Of a DNA stretch of 64,000 nt, positions 44,194 through 57,444 are shown piece by piece. The DNA is taken from NCBI GenBank assembly GCA_001244265.2, contig LN717261.1, positions 3,239,591-3,303,590 of the forward strand, given 5' to 3'. The translations under genes and the position numbers were made by a program. This DNA is from Microbotryum violaceum. Its lineage: Eukaryota. Each line of letters begins with the position of its first letter. Position 1 is the first letter of the stretch. Under the pieces are notes generated by a model. That model ran no database searches. It saw only the letters and a list, made by a program, of their open reading frames with translations, and was not told the DNA's origin.

Positions 44194-44925
44194 TCATTTT
44201 CCGGTCCATGCGGCCTTTTCGGCCCTCATATTCCCCTGCTGCTGTTTCTCGATATCGCCGGTGACCATCCCGATAGCACTAAATTCGAAGAAAACTGAAT
44301 CAGCATAAGGATTTCCATCGAATCAGTGTCCCAGAAATGTACCTCTCGACCTTGCCCTTTGCTCTCTCGAGGGACACTTGAGGCACATGACCGTCGGCGA
44401 GGGCAGCCTTCCATTCGGCAGCTTCGGCTTTCTTGTTCCCGTCCGAAGCGGTCTTTTGATCACCGGTAATGAAACCATAGGCCCTGATCGAATCAAAGGA
44501 TCAGTGATGAGCGACCTCATCCATGGCCAAAGCTTGAACCGGACATGGCGCCGAACTGACGATTGCAATTTCCCGCCGAGGCTTTCGGACGCCGCTTCAC
44601 TCTTGGCTTGTTGTTGCGCCGTTTGAAGTTCTTGAGTGCCTTGGTCGAGCAGCCCTTGACCTTGTTCTTTCCATGTTGGGTCAGAGGAGACCGAACCGAT
44701 CGTCTGTTAGTGGAGGGGAAGGGTGGGGTTTAGTGAAGAGCCTAAGGGCGCGTTAGGAGCGGCTACTAATATAGCCTACGTCATTTTGAGTGGAGAGGCA
44801 CTTGCGTTGTAGAGCGTGCCTTTGGCTTGTTGGACGTAGGCGCTAATTTGAGAGGTTGTTGTCGACGTCGATGCTTCGATTGTCGAATCTTGGGCTTCTG
44901 CTTTTCCAGCGTCGGTGGAGGACAT
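44194..44925 (-). CDS. 162-aa Hmp1/CsbD-like small hydrophilic protein; exons 44925-44806, 44703-44561, 44483-44343, 44278-44194
   Basis: Splicing gives an open frame: MSSTDAGK...QQAKGTLYN|TIGSVSSDPTWKEQGQ...LGGKLQSAYGFITGDQK...AKGKVESAIGMVTGDIEKQQQGN...WTGK*. It has two GK..SA.G..TGD repeats. Intron 1 is GC-AG. Confidence 0.8.
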
Positions 44926-44929
44926 GATG

Positions 44930-45340
44930 ATGTTGATCACGTGCACGGTAGGACGGCTGTGGCTGAGGGGAGAATGAGCCGCGCGTTCGCTGCTCCGCGC
45001 TCAGCTGCCTGCCGTCCAGCAGCCTCGTAGCCTCGTAGCAGCCTGCGTGCAGGGGCGCTCTTGCCCGGTTGACATCGCGGCGCGTGACTGCGTTCAAGAG
45101 CCGAGCGAGGGCGCGTAATAGTGGCGGCGTCTGGCCGCGTGACCTCGCACGCGTAAGTCAAGAGGCCCGTGTCTCAAACGCGCGTGTTGACTTCACGTCT
45201 TAACGCGCCTCTGGACTTCAACCTCACCCCAACGACCAATATTAAACTCAGCGCACAATGACACGCCCCAATTCAATTCACTTCCGTCAGTTTTGATCCA
45301 GCATCACCGGCGACACCTCTCGAGAGCGCGTTCCCAGTGC
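44930..45340. promoter_or_regulatory. Divergent promoter region with clustered CGCG/ACGCGT (MCB-like) motifs
   Basis: Lies between head-to-head genes. ACGCGT at 45149-45154 and several CGCGT/ACGCG motifs within 45075-45210. Confidence 0.35.
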
Positions 45341-45342
45341 AG

Positions 45343-48300
45343 ATGTCGGCCTTTAGGTCCACGACGATGAGCGTACCCGGTACCGTACAAAGGCCTACAT
45401 TCCAATCGACACGAACTACGAAACAAATCGAACAAGATCAACTGTCAGGTCATGGACGTACTTTTTCCCAATCCCGATCAACGAGGACTGCAACCCACGA
45501 CGGAGATCTCGAGAGTAGTAGTATGGACGAGGAGGAAACTCATCTGCAACGGGGTACATCATCCACTCCCTCCATTTCACGAACGAGCCAAGGGGAGTCT
45601 TCAACTCCACCACCGCCGAATGGAACCCGTTCGTCAACCCCTTTAACTATACCCCGACCTCGGCCCAGAATGGGAACACCCGAACCCGATGAGGAATTTG
45701 ATTCTGGCGATAGTTCCGACGATCCTGATTTCGGTAGGGAGATGAGGGAACAGGCGCAGAGGGAGAAGGAACAGGCCGAAAACGCGCAGAAGGCTTTGGA
45801 AGTGAGGCAGTGGAATAAAGAGGAGAAGCTTAGGGCCAAAAAACAAGGGAGGAGGCCGAGGTTGAGGGAGATGCCCAAGCCGGTGAAGAAGAAGATTCGA
45901 GGCAAGGGGAAGCAAGAAGAGGTGATCGATGATGAAGACACGTATCGGAGAAAGGTCAGGAACGGGAAACGAAAAGTGATCGAACAGGAGGAGGAACCGT
46001 GCTCGGGGAAGAGGGGGAGGACGACGACGACGATCCTCGCTCTCGAGCCAAATCGACCCGACCGACGTTCGACCCCGACGCCAAAGCCAGAGAGGTCCAA
46101 AAAAACTGGAGCAACCGACTCATCGAAGGCAAAAAGGCCAAAGAGGCGCGCATCAGAGCGGGGATGGACATCACCCAGGCCGAGATTCGGGAACATTGTA
46201 GTCGCAAGTGGGTCAGCAGGGAAAACCCGGATCAGATGACGAGAAAGAGGTACGAGATGGAGAAAAGATACAATCCGCTTTTTGTCATGCTCGGTCAGTT
46301 GCCATCTTCAAAGGTGTCTTTTTAGTTCAGATGACTGAACTCTTTCGACGAGACAGATATCGCCCCATCATCGTCGCCGACAAGGACATGGTCGAGAACG
46401 ACAGCTGGGACGACGACGACGAAGATGGCGAGAACGCCGAGGACCGCGTCGCTCGCAAGATCCTAGCAGAGCATCATGCCGTCAAGATGGACTCGGATTC
46501 GGACGATGGGAGATCACACAGGAGGGGTAAACGACCTGAAGGCGTTGTGAGACAACTTCGAAAGACGGACGCGGAGCGCGCGACCCCTCCGGTGATGGAG
46601 ACGATTCAGCTCTCAAGTAATGAGGAGCCCGACACCGAGGACGATTCAATGTTCATCGACCAAGCTCGCAAGTCTGGGTCCAAGACGCTTAAGCTGGAAG
46701 CGCTTGGGGACATCAAATCTGAACCGGGCTCGGAACCAGTGACTGAGAGTGACTCGGACTCGGAGCCAGAAACCGAAGACGATGACGATGTGCCTATCCC
46801 GGGTTCCTCAGCTCGAGTACTCAAGACTGAAGGCGAAGAGGAGGAGGAAGAGGAAGAGGTCGACGCTTTCACGGCCAAGTTCCTTGAACAACAGAAACGC
46901 AATGAGCTCGAGAAGAAGCAAGCTTGGGTGGCGGCGCGACTCGAAGCCGTCACGAGCTCCCAGTCGACCAGAACCGAATCCCAGACGTCGACCCATGCTG
47001 CTCCTGAAAATCCACCCAAACCTGCGGAGGTCAACGCAAGCCTTGAGGCAGAGGAAGAAGAGGCAGAGGTTGGCGAAATGTCGTTACTCGAAAGTCAAAG
47101 GATCATCAAGGACCGTCGACTCGCCGCCGAAACCATGTCGCAGTCGACAACGGAGGAGAAACGCATCGTCAAAGGCTGTCGACCACGCTTCGATGCGTCG
47201 CCGCAACAGCTCGAGATTGGCGATCACATTCTCTCTCCTCGTCATAGGATTCCGGCACCCATCAACCGTTTCCTCCGCCATTACCAGCGAGAAGGGATCG
47301 AGTTTTTGTACAAGCAATACTCGGCTGGGATGGGCGGAATCCTTGGTGACGACATGGGTCTAGGCAAGACGATCCAAGTCATCGGGTTCCTGAGCGCAGT
47401 GATGGGTAAATCAGGAACGAAGAAACTCGATGCCGAAGCAAGGAAGCGCAAAGTCAACGAATGGGACGGTGTAGACCCACCCCAACCGAGCGATTTGGGT
47501 CCGACGGCGTTGATCATTTGTCCGGCGAGCGTGACGGAGAATTGGTATCGCGAGATCAAAACGTGGAGCTATCTTAAGGTTGGGATTGTAGCACAGGGAA
47601 ATAAGAGGACGGATGATTTGTTGACAATGTTTAGGTTCGGGCATCTGGATGTTTGTGAGTACGGTTGTGCGCTGTTAGGGTAGACACAAATCACCAGATG
47701 CTGATCGTGCCCTTCATTTTGGTAGTGATTAGTGGGTATGAGCATATCAAGAGACAAATCGACGTCTATCGGGCCCTCGACTTTTCCGTGAGTCCAATCC
47801 TCTAGCTGAGCGAGGTGTTCCTAATCAAGGCAATTTTCTGAATCTGGTACAGATCATCATTGCGGATGAAGTGCATCGCGCCAAATCTCGCTCAGCGGAT
47901 ACGACGGCCAGTCTGCACGCCTTCCCACCAAGCTCCGTTATGGTCTGACGGGGACGGCGGTGCAGAATCGGCTTGGCGAGTTTCACACCATCCTTGATTG
48001 GGCTTGTCCAGGCAAATTGGGGACGTGGCAGCAGTGGTGAGTTGATCCTGATGCAGTGGCGAAGCGAGCTGTCGTTCTGGGTACGGCTGCTTAAATCGAC
48101 TAAACACTTCTTATCTGTATGCAGGCGAGACCTGGTCGAGAAACCCCTCAAGTTCGCTCAATCGTCTGAAGCGGACCAGACAACGCTTGGCCGAGGTCGT
48201 ATCAGAGCCTGGGCCCTCGTCACTGGTGTGCTGCCCCATTTCTTCCTCCGGCGTACGAAGCACCAACCGTCGGTCAAGTTGCAACTGCCGAAAAAAACCG

Positions 48301-50338
48301 ACAACCTCGTGCTTTGCCCTCTGACGCCTCTACAACGCCAAGCGTACCAGAACATCACCGCTACGGACGAGGTGCAAATGATCCTCACCGCCGATCAACC
48401 TTGTCCGTGCGGTCGAAAGGACTCGCAAGGTCTTCACTTGAAAAGAGGTAATTGCTGTAACCAAGATTGGAGCGAACATATTTTTCGCTACATGCACGCG
48501 TTCGGCAAGGTTTCGAATCACCTCGCGTTGATCTATCCGAACAAGGACGATTCGCAAAAGAATTTGACCAAGTACGAGTTGGATGTCCGGATTTTGAAGG
48601 CTGCTTTTCCGGAAGATTGGAAGGGGAGGTCGTTGGGCCCTGGAACGGCGTTGGATGAGAGCCTTTGTGGGAAATGGAAGGTGAGTGTTTTGCGTCGTGT
48701 GCGTTGATGCTTCGAAGCGCTGTTGCTGAGACTCGTAGATGCACCCCCCCCCCCCCCCCCCTCCCACTAATAGGTACTCGAGGAGCTACTGGACGTGTGG
48801 TACGAAGCGCGGGACAAGGTGTTGATCTTTTCAAATTCGTTGAGGGGTGCGTGGAGGCAGCGTTTCCGGCCAAGTGCGCATGCGCGTATTCCGATGTTCG
48901 AGATGAAGGCTGAACTGAAAGATTTGGCTCGCACAGTACTCAAATTGCTCGAGGACCTTTTTCAGTTCTCAAAGTTCCCTTCCCTGACGCTTACGGGGGA
49001 GACGAAGCAAGAAGAGCGTGAGTCGAACCAACATCAGTAGTCTTAACTTTTGGAAAATTTGGAACTGACTGAACTGCTCTCCTCTCTCGTTTCCAAAACA
49101 ACAGGCATGGCCCGCGTCGACCAATTCAACGACCCCAACGGCGAAGCGTTCTGCTTCCTCATCTCGACCAAAGCCGGTGGCGTGGGCTTGAACCTCACCG
49201 CGGCGAACAAGGTCGTCATCTTTGATCCCAACTTCAACCCATCGCACGACTTGCAGGCCATGGATCGATCGTACAGGTTCGGGCAAACGAGGGAGGTGAA
49301 CGTTTATCGGTTGATTGGCGCGGGGACGTGAGTATTCCCCCTTTTTTTTTTTTTTTTTTTTTTACTACGGTGAGTTTGATTGGTCGAGACCGACGACTGA
49401 CTCGTCTTTTTTTCTCGCGCGTTCAATTTTGCAGTATCGAAGAGATTATGATCAATCGTCAACAAATGAAACGCGGACTCGCTAACGTCGCTTACGACGC
49501 AGCGCCTCAACCTCGCCTCTACACCGGAATCGAGGGTAGTAAAGCACATGAGGGGGAGTTGTTCGGCGTGAGGAATTTGTTGACGCTCAAAACTTTGTCG
49601 TTGACGCATCGGGTTGTCGAGAATGCGGCGATGGAAGATGCCAATTTCGCTAAGGAGGAGGCGGAGGAGGAGGTGGTGGAGGGGAAGGGGGAGGAGGCGG
49701 AGGTGAGTTGTGAGGTTGAGGCCAAGGGATGTTGAGGTTGGTAGGCTGACGTTTTTTTTTTTTTGCTTTTTTGTTGGTTCAGCCATGGCAAGGTGCAGAC
49801 GAAGTGGTCAATGAAATGATGAGCAAAACGATTGGTGAAGGTGAGTTCCCACCCTTTACCCTTTCAAGGCTTGCGACGTTATGCCCTTATGCCCAAGCAA
49901 CAGCTAATTTATCCTCTGGTTCGGATCTCCACACAGGTCCCAAGTTTAAAGCCAAAACTGAAGCAGAACTTGAAATCGACCGGATCCTCTCGGGTCTAAC
50001 CACCGTCAACGCCGACAGCACGCTCGCACCTTCCAAACTCGAAGCTCAGAGAGGAGCGAAAGCGATGGCAGTGAGTACGAGCGAATCCTCCTTTCTACGC
50101 ACATGGGAGTTAGGAGTGAAGATTTTGACCCGTGATGGGTGTGATGTGTTGTTCACAGAAAGAGATTGAAGAGAGGGATCGAGCCGCGGCGCAGAATCGC
50201 AGAGCGGGGAAAAGGTCGCTTGGTGTTGAAGTGGTGGCTTTCGATGATGCGGGGAAGAATGGGTTGTCGATGGGGAGAGGGCCACCTCCCAAGGTGTTCG
50301 ATCCGTTTGCTAGGGCGAAGAAGAAGAAGACTTGGTGA
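45343..50338 (+). CDS. ERCC6L2: SNF2-family ATPase, ERCC6L2/Rad26-like (multi-exon; apparent 1-nt frameshift near 45998)
   Basis: [21 protein letters not shown]...[75 protein letters not shown] and GELFGVRNL. Start codon uncertain. Confidence 0.88.
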
Positions 50339-51039
50339 TGGGCTAGGGTGCGGGGAACGGAGGTGGTAGGGGTGAGGTTCTTGGGTCGACACAGCTTGGG
50401 CCATAAAATTTGAGGGGTTTGTCCTAAGATGCGTGTGCGTGTGTCGGGGTTTCTCTGACGTGTAGAATGAGCTCGGCCTGTTTTATTGTGACACTACTTT
50501 GAGCATCCGCGTATTATCCGTTCGCACGCTCAATCGCTCAAAAGGCAGGGGGTGTTGGAACATTTTTTGTGTTCCGACGAGACGAGGCGCCGTGCCAGCG
50601 TATAAGCCGCCCCCTCGCCGGCGGGTTCTTTGACCGCGGCCTCCCTCCCGTTGGCGAGCCCGCGGGTTTTTCTGCGCCTTCGCCCCCCGACCCCCACGCC
50701 ATCCATCACATACCCGTCTTCACACACACACCTCAACTACGTAAGCACCCACAGCTTTGGTTCAGTTCGTCGTGGTCGGGACGCCGGCGTGGATGCTGGA
50801 GTCGGCTGTCCCTGTCCAGGCTGCTGGTGCAGTCGTGCGTGGCAGTAATTTGCATGCTGCGCCAGGGAAGCTCATGTGCCTCCCGGGGGGCTCGGGGGCT
50901 CGTGTAGCGTTTTGATGTAGCCGTTGAGGAAAGGAGGGTGAAGATGATGGCTCATGTACTAGTGAGGATGATGCTGGGCTTTTTTGGGTAGTGCGGTGGG
51001 GTTGGACCTGGCTGGCTGCTCAGTCGGACCCGGACGTCA

Positions 51040-51102
51040 CGCCAGCCAGCTCAGCTCAGCCAGCTCAGCTCAGCCAGCTCAGCTCAGCCAGCTCAGCTCA
51101 GC
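51040..51102 (+). repeat. (CAGCT/CAGC)n microsatellite in the putative 5' UTR intron of RPL28
   Basis: Read directly from the sequence. Confidence 0.9.
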
Positions 51103-51212
51103 GGAGAGAGCGCGTCGACGATCCACACGCATGCACCCACCGACGAAGCAAAGCGCCGTTCACTAACATTCCTTTACCGCCACCCCCCAACACAGTCTCT
51201 CCTCAAAAAATC

Positions 51213-51674
51213 ATGGCCTCCGGAACGATCGCCTCGCCCGACTTGTTGTGGTTGTTGACCAAGAAGCACTCTTCGTTCCAACACAAGCGAGTTGGTATCC
51301 CTCTCGTTTTTTCCAACGAAAAAGGTAACCTCAAGAACGTCAACGCTTTCAAATACTCCGGTCTCGCCAACCCCAAAACTCTCCACATTGAATCTCACGT
51401 TCAAGGAACCGGCGTTCGTCTCGTTTCTCGTGACCCCAAAGCTTCCCCTTTCGCCAACGCTTCGGCCTACACCCACAAAGGTGTCAAGACTAACTCGGGT
51501 CGTAAACTTGCCGGACGAGTGGCCCAGCATTCCGGATCGGAGGCAGGTCGTTTGGATTTGAGGTCCGAGGCTCAGTCCAGGGCTTCGGCCTTATTGCAGT
51601 CCCAAAACAAGGACAGGAAGGCTCAACGTACCCGAGCGACGCGTGGGAACAAGAAGGCCGCCATCGAGGCTTGA
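51213..51674 (+). CDS. RPL28: 60S ribosomal protein eL28 (153 aa)
   Basis: SPDLLWLL...SSF...FSNEKGNLKNVNAFKYSGLANPK...RLDLR...SRASALL. A likely 5' UTR intron spans 50741-51195 (GTAAGC...CTAAC...CAG). Confidence 0.93.
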   Translation: MASGTIASPDLLWLLTKKHSSFQHKRVGIPLVFSNEKGNLKNVNAFKYSGLANPKTLHIESHVQGTGVRLVSRDPKASPFANASAYTHKGVKTNSGRKLAGRVAQHSGSEAGRLDLRSEAQSRASALLQSQNKDRKAQRTRATRGNKKAAIEA

Positions 51675-52147
51675 ACAAAAGGGGCAAGAAGTCTTTTTTT
51701 GATTTTGAATCGAACTGCGTTGGTGAACTGGAGGAGAGGCGGACAAGCTCGTTCGGTTAAGCGAACGTGCGTATCTTTGGGGGTTTCCGTTAATTGAGGG
51801 AGTCTTTCCTCTGTCGATGCAATCTACATAACTCCCCGAGTCTACTGGAGCCGAGTGTACTCAACCTCCCAGTCATCTCACTCGATTGAAACACTCGGGA
51901 CGGTCTCTCAGAAACAACCGCAAACGGAATCGGTTCCTAAAAGGCAAGACTCTTCTTTTTACACCCATTTTTTTGGTTCTCCCTATACAAGCACAAGCAC
52001 GAACCTCAACACGTTCCTAGTTCCCGAGTCTTGCGGCGTGTTTTGTGTGTGTTCTCCTGCGACCCTTCTCTACCATTGAACCTTTTTACTTTTCCCGTAC
52101 CTATCCCTCCCATTCCTTATCAATCCTTTGAACCCCGCGCCATCTCT

Positions 52148-53623
52148 TCACCACCCACCACGATCCCTTGAAGCATAAGGTGGTGGAGGAGGAGGTGGAG
52201 GAGGCGGCGATGATCTCCTCCTCTCGTTCTTTAAAGAACTACTCCTCGGAGGAGGAGGAGGTGGTGGAGGTGGTGGTGGTGAAGGAGATCTTCTCCTCCC
52301 CTTTCCTAAAATCCCATGATCAGCCCCACCTCCGTTACCTTTACCATTATCGAAATCGATCCTCCCCTTTTCATCCAACCAAGGCGCGCACCATAACCTA
52401 TCCACTTCATTCCTCACAATATCCTGTACCATCGCCAGAGCGATCATCATTTGTTGTACCGAACCGGAGAGACAAAATGTTGGATTACGCGTAGGGTCAT
52501 CCGCGTTGACGCGACAACGAGCTTTGGAGAGGTCGTGAATTTCTCGCATTCTTCGACCGGCTCGACCTATCACGGCTGGCGCGGCGTCGAAAGGAAGTCT
52601 GAGGCGGGGGGGGGAGAGAGAGAGAGGTTTGGGGTTAAAAGGGGAGAGGGTTTTCTCCATCAGGTGGAAAAGGAGTCGGGGGGAAACTTACTCGATCACT
52701 AGGTCGTATGACTCGTTGCGGACTGAGTCGGGGACGTGTCTCTTTGGAGGAGGAGGAGGGAGAGGGAGAGGGAGAGCGGGGATAGCGTCGACACGACGTT
52801 TTTTGACCGATTCCGAAAGATTGTTCGTCGAGAATGAAGGCGATCGCGCTCGACGAGGTACAGGGTTGGGTTCGACGATGGGTTTCCAATGGATTGTATC
52901 GACGCGGTTGTTCAATTCGATTGAGAGCGGTTGATGGTTCTTGGGTAGTTTGGTTCGTAGGAGATCGGACATGGAAGAACGATCTGAAGGACCGGAAAGG
53001 AGGACCAAATGACGTGGGTCGAGAACGCACCAATCGTCGAGATGCAAGGTGCCGAAAGCGATATCGTCGGCTAGTGAGTTGGCCAGCGGTGGGGGACGCA
53101 CGGTGTCGAGGACAGCTTGACGCACGCCTTGGACGGCGTTGTGCAGTTCGGTGAGCGTGCCTCGGAACTCGAGCACGGGCACGGGACGGTCGCGACGATC
53201 GGGGAGGGGGAGATGACCGGACGCGATGCGGGCCACACCGGAGGCATGTTGGATCTGGCGAGCGACGCGGCCGGACTTGCCGATCAGACGGGGCACGAGC
53301 TCGTCGTCGGGGAGGGGGAGGGTGTAGCCGTACAGACGAGGTGGGGGAGCCGAGGAGGCAGACGAAGAAGAGGTCGTAGCAGCGAATCGACTGCGGTCAT
53401 CGTCAAGGTTGGACCTCGGGAGAGGAATTGCGGACGACGACGACGACGACAACGACAACGACGACGAGGCCCATCGATCATCGCGACGAGGAGGAGGAGG
53501 AGGAGGAGGAGGAGGAGTGCCATCCTCGTCGTCGTCGTCGTCCCGGAGCAAAGACAACGAGCGTGAATCGCGACGACGACGACGGTCTGGCTCTCTTTCG
53601 GGTTGTTGATCTCGGTCGGTCAT
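52148..53623 (-). CDS. Two-KH-domain RNA-binding protein with Pro/Arg-rich low-complexity arms (intron 52691-52599)
   Basis: KH GxxG motifs LVPRLIGKSGRVARQIQ and AAPAVIGRAGRRMREIH. A GTAAGT..CAG intron joins the two ORFs in frame. Confidence 0.8.
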
Positions 53624-54471
53624 GTTGCAGTCGTTCTCGATCTGAACCGATTGCGGACCACTACAGCCGAGCGATGTAACTGGCAACGAGGTACGGTCAC
53701 AACTTGTGCAGACCGGTCCGAGAGGGAGAGCCGAGGCAGCAAAGTAGAGACAAAGACGAGCAGAGCAGCCAAAGACAAGGACGAAGACGAAGACGAGCAG
53801 AGAAGCCGTCTGCCTTGAAGCAGGCCCCGCCAGCCCGGACTGAGCCACCCAGCCCCCAGTCAGACTCATTAGTAAAGCCAGGAAGGCGCCTATTAGCCGC
53901 GACTGCACTGACCACAACGACAGCGCCGATGAGGAATAAACTAATCGACCAACCCCCTGATTTTGGTGTGTTTTCAAACGTCCCAGACGCACTTGCCACT
54001 GTTTCACGGCAAAAGAAAATGCAGTCATGCGTCGAGAGTCTTGCTTGGCCAAGCCCTGCCTTCAATGCATTTTTATGCCTGGCTGTTTGCCGCACCCCGC
54101 CCCCGCGCTGGCGCTGGCTGACGCAGCAGACGACTTTGCTCGACCAGCCAAGCCGACCAGCCGAGCTATAGGGAGCTATAGGCAGAGGCCAGCAGACTAG
54201 CAGACACGACGCCCAGCAGGCAGCGTCAGAAGCCGTCGGAACCGAGCCGGCCAAATTGTTCCCGAGCATTCTCCTTCTCTCTACCGCGCCGGGGGGGTTA
54301 CAACCGCGTGTACAGCTCGGTGTGTGCATCCTCTGCTCGATACTCGGCCCTGTTCAAGTTCGCTCTCGCCTCTCGCCTCGCCCCTTCCCTCCGCTCCTTG
54401 CCTCGGCAGCTTGCGACGATCCAACACCCTCCCTTCTCCCTTCTCCCTTCTCCACCTTCTTACCCCTCACC

Positions 54472-57176
54472 ATGGCCGTGCCAACTCTCTCGACTCCCAA
54501 CTCGACCTCTGCCTCGACGAACGCTTGCCCGGCAGCAGCGGACAACTCTTCCGCCTCCGCCTCGGCTGCAGCTTCTACTTCACCGTCGACTCTGAGTTTG
54601 TTCCTTCGTCGAACCGCACCGTGGCCTCCCCCGATCCCTTCCACTTCAACTTGTGATCCTGTTCCTGTTTCTTCTCAGCATGAAAACACGGCCCCGGGAA
54701 CGGGCACAGCTAAAACAAATTTGACTTGCAACGCCAAGGCTAAACCCACTTTACGATCCCGATCCGGTAAATCCAAATCCACTCGACGACCCAAAACAAC
54801 TGTAAAGAGTGTGCCATCCCGAACCGAGCACACTACTCGCGACCAAGTGCACGATCGTTCGGCTGACCTCCATCATGGCGGCGGTGCGGCGAACGAGCCT
54901 TACCACCCTTTTTCCGTTCATCGTACCCCACCGACGAAACATCACCTCGTTCCCTCCGATCCGTCCATCAAGACCTGTCAGGCTATAGACAGATGGCAAG
55001 AACAATGTACAGAGATCGTCGTAGGCGGCCACAAGGGCAAGGTCAATCGCGACTGGTGCCACGTCCATGAGATCGAACAAGCTCAACTCAAACACGAATT
55101 CATACGTGCGTCCCGCGTCCCGTACCGTCTTTGAACCTTTTTTTTTTCTTTTTTCTTTTCTTTTTTTTCTTTCTTTTCTGTTCATACCCGCCGATCTGAC
55201 ACCCGGAACCCACCCTAACCCTTTTTCTAGGATGCATCGCCGCCTTACCCGCCGTTTCGAAACAAGTCCCCTTACCCGACGCGAGCGACATTACCCGCTG
55301 CGACGACCTCGACGACCTCGAAACCTGGGAAAAGATCGCTCGCCAACACGCGGCCCTCTCCGACAAGGCCTTGGCATGTCGACATTACTATGCCGTTCAT
55401 TTCGCCGCTTCGGGCCTTGATTTGGCTAGTCTGATGGGCAGAATGAGTTTGGAGGAATTGGCGCTCAGATCGAGGGCCGCGGACGGCGTCATTCGCTTGG
55501 TCACTAGGCGTAGTCATCTATTGATCTTGACCAGTGAGGACGCCTTGTGGCTTTTGGAACCTCAATCCCATTCGCCGAATCCACCGACCACTTTACCGAA
55601 TGGGGAACCCGCACCCCCCGTACCCAATTGCTTGTCCGGAACGACGCCCAACTCGACTTCGATCCCTCTACGACCGCCTTGCGCACCCTCCCTCCAAACC
55701 GAAACCGAAGAACCGGACCCGGTCGTCGCTCTCGAAAGGGTCAAACGAGCCGAACTACTCGAACTATTATCCCTCACCGGTTCGCACGCCTCCTTCATCA
55801 AAAACTCGACCAAGTCCGTCCAAAGGGTTCGCGTGATCGAATGCCTTTTCAGGCGATTGATCTCCCGAGACGAAGAACTCTTGGTCAAGGCCTATCGAAG
55901 CGGACATGATCACGTTCTTCGCTTTTTCGAAGATGTCACTTGTTGTTCGCTCGCCGCTTTGACGAGGTTACACGCCGCTTTGAAACGGACCTCTTCACTT
56001 TCACTCAAGGAAGCGATCATGGATGCCTTTCGCGCGATCGCATGGGAAGAATCAGGAGCGGGGGAAACCGAACCGGGTGAAGAAGGACTCGGTCTACAAT
56101 TATTGGGTGGATGGTCTTACAAGATTCAACTTTCGAGGTCCATGTCACCCGTCGAATGGTCCCATTTATACGACCTTTGCGGATGCCCTGGATGCGCCTT
56201 GAGGTGTTGCCTTCGATTTTCGGATTGGACCTACATTCGTAGATTATCGATCGTGTCCCCTTCTACGAACCCAACTTTGTCACCGCCTTTCGAACATTGG
56301 GCCGATTCGATCAACGAAACCGACGCTGTCAAGATCTTTAAAGCTTTCTCGGTCGTCAAATGCGCCGAATCGGGTCCGGGAGCTAGCGAACCTGAAATTC
56401 GTCGAGTCGCGGGTGGGTTCGTCGGTGCTAAAGGGAAGGGGATCTGGTTGGAACGAATCGAAAGGAATTGGATCATGATCAAGTTGGGTTTCGGAGATAC
56501 GAAAACCGATGCTAGACAATCCCTTCGATTGATCGATGCCTTACAAGCGAGGCATCCTTTGATTATTAGGATCTTCCCCGATGGATTGTTTGGTGGGGAA
56601 AGGTATCCTACACCACCGTCGAATCAACTTTGGTATTCGAGGTATAGGTCCGCTAGTTCGAAAGCTTTGTTGAGGCATCAACCTTGGTCGATCGATCAAA
56701 ACGCTTTCGGTAAGGATAATGCCACTGCTTTGATCACGTTCGATACGTTGGATTCTCCTGAAAAGGCGCAAGGGATGGGTAGTTTCAAGTATACGTTCGA
56801 AGTGGTCGTTTTGGACGGACATGGACGTGATGGACCCGGTTCGGGTAGAACGGCGAACGAGAATCAGAATCGATCTTTCGAACAATTCGAGGCCGAATTG
56901 GGTCAATTGTTTTGCGAAGCTTTGGGAGTCGAAGATGTCAAGGGGGCTATTCGGTATGCGAGGGAAAGGGGAATCGAAAGAGGTGAATTTGTCGATTGGG
57001 GAATCAGTTCGACTCAACTTGCCGCGATGGAACAAATGGGGGTCGGAACGAACGCGACGAATTTGGCGATGGTCAAGAAGAAGGTTAAGGGGGGTGGCAA
57101 CGGAGGTAACGCCGCGTTGGAGAATTTGAGGGACGATGCGTTGGCGCTCAAGTTGAGTAGGAATTTGTTTAGGTGA
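54472..57176 (+). CDS. Uncharacterised protein (~860 aa; intron ~55107-55230)
   Basis: Two long ORFs joined by a GTGCGT...CTAAC...TAG intron; no family recognised. Confidence 0.7.
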
Positions 57177-57444
57177 TCGTAGGGGAAGAGGGAGGGAAGC
57201 TTTTGGTTGGAGGGGATGTGCAATCTATCGATTGAAATTTTGTACAGACTGAAGTGGATTGCGAGTTCTCTACTACTGGCTGAGAAGAGAAAGGGGTATG
57301 ATACGTCTATGAACTGAGCCTCGACCTAGCGAGCTACTTTCTTTTGGAGCTGATGAAACGAGTGTCGATACCGTTGAACAATTACATTTTCCTCAAACAT
57401 CGGGTCATCCTGGGCCTCGGCTGAGTACATCATTGCCCCCTTGC

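Noticed and set aside
50820-50990. Intronic box C/D snoRNA in RPL28
   Set aside because: No complete RTGATGA/CTGA pair found.
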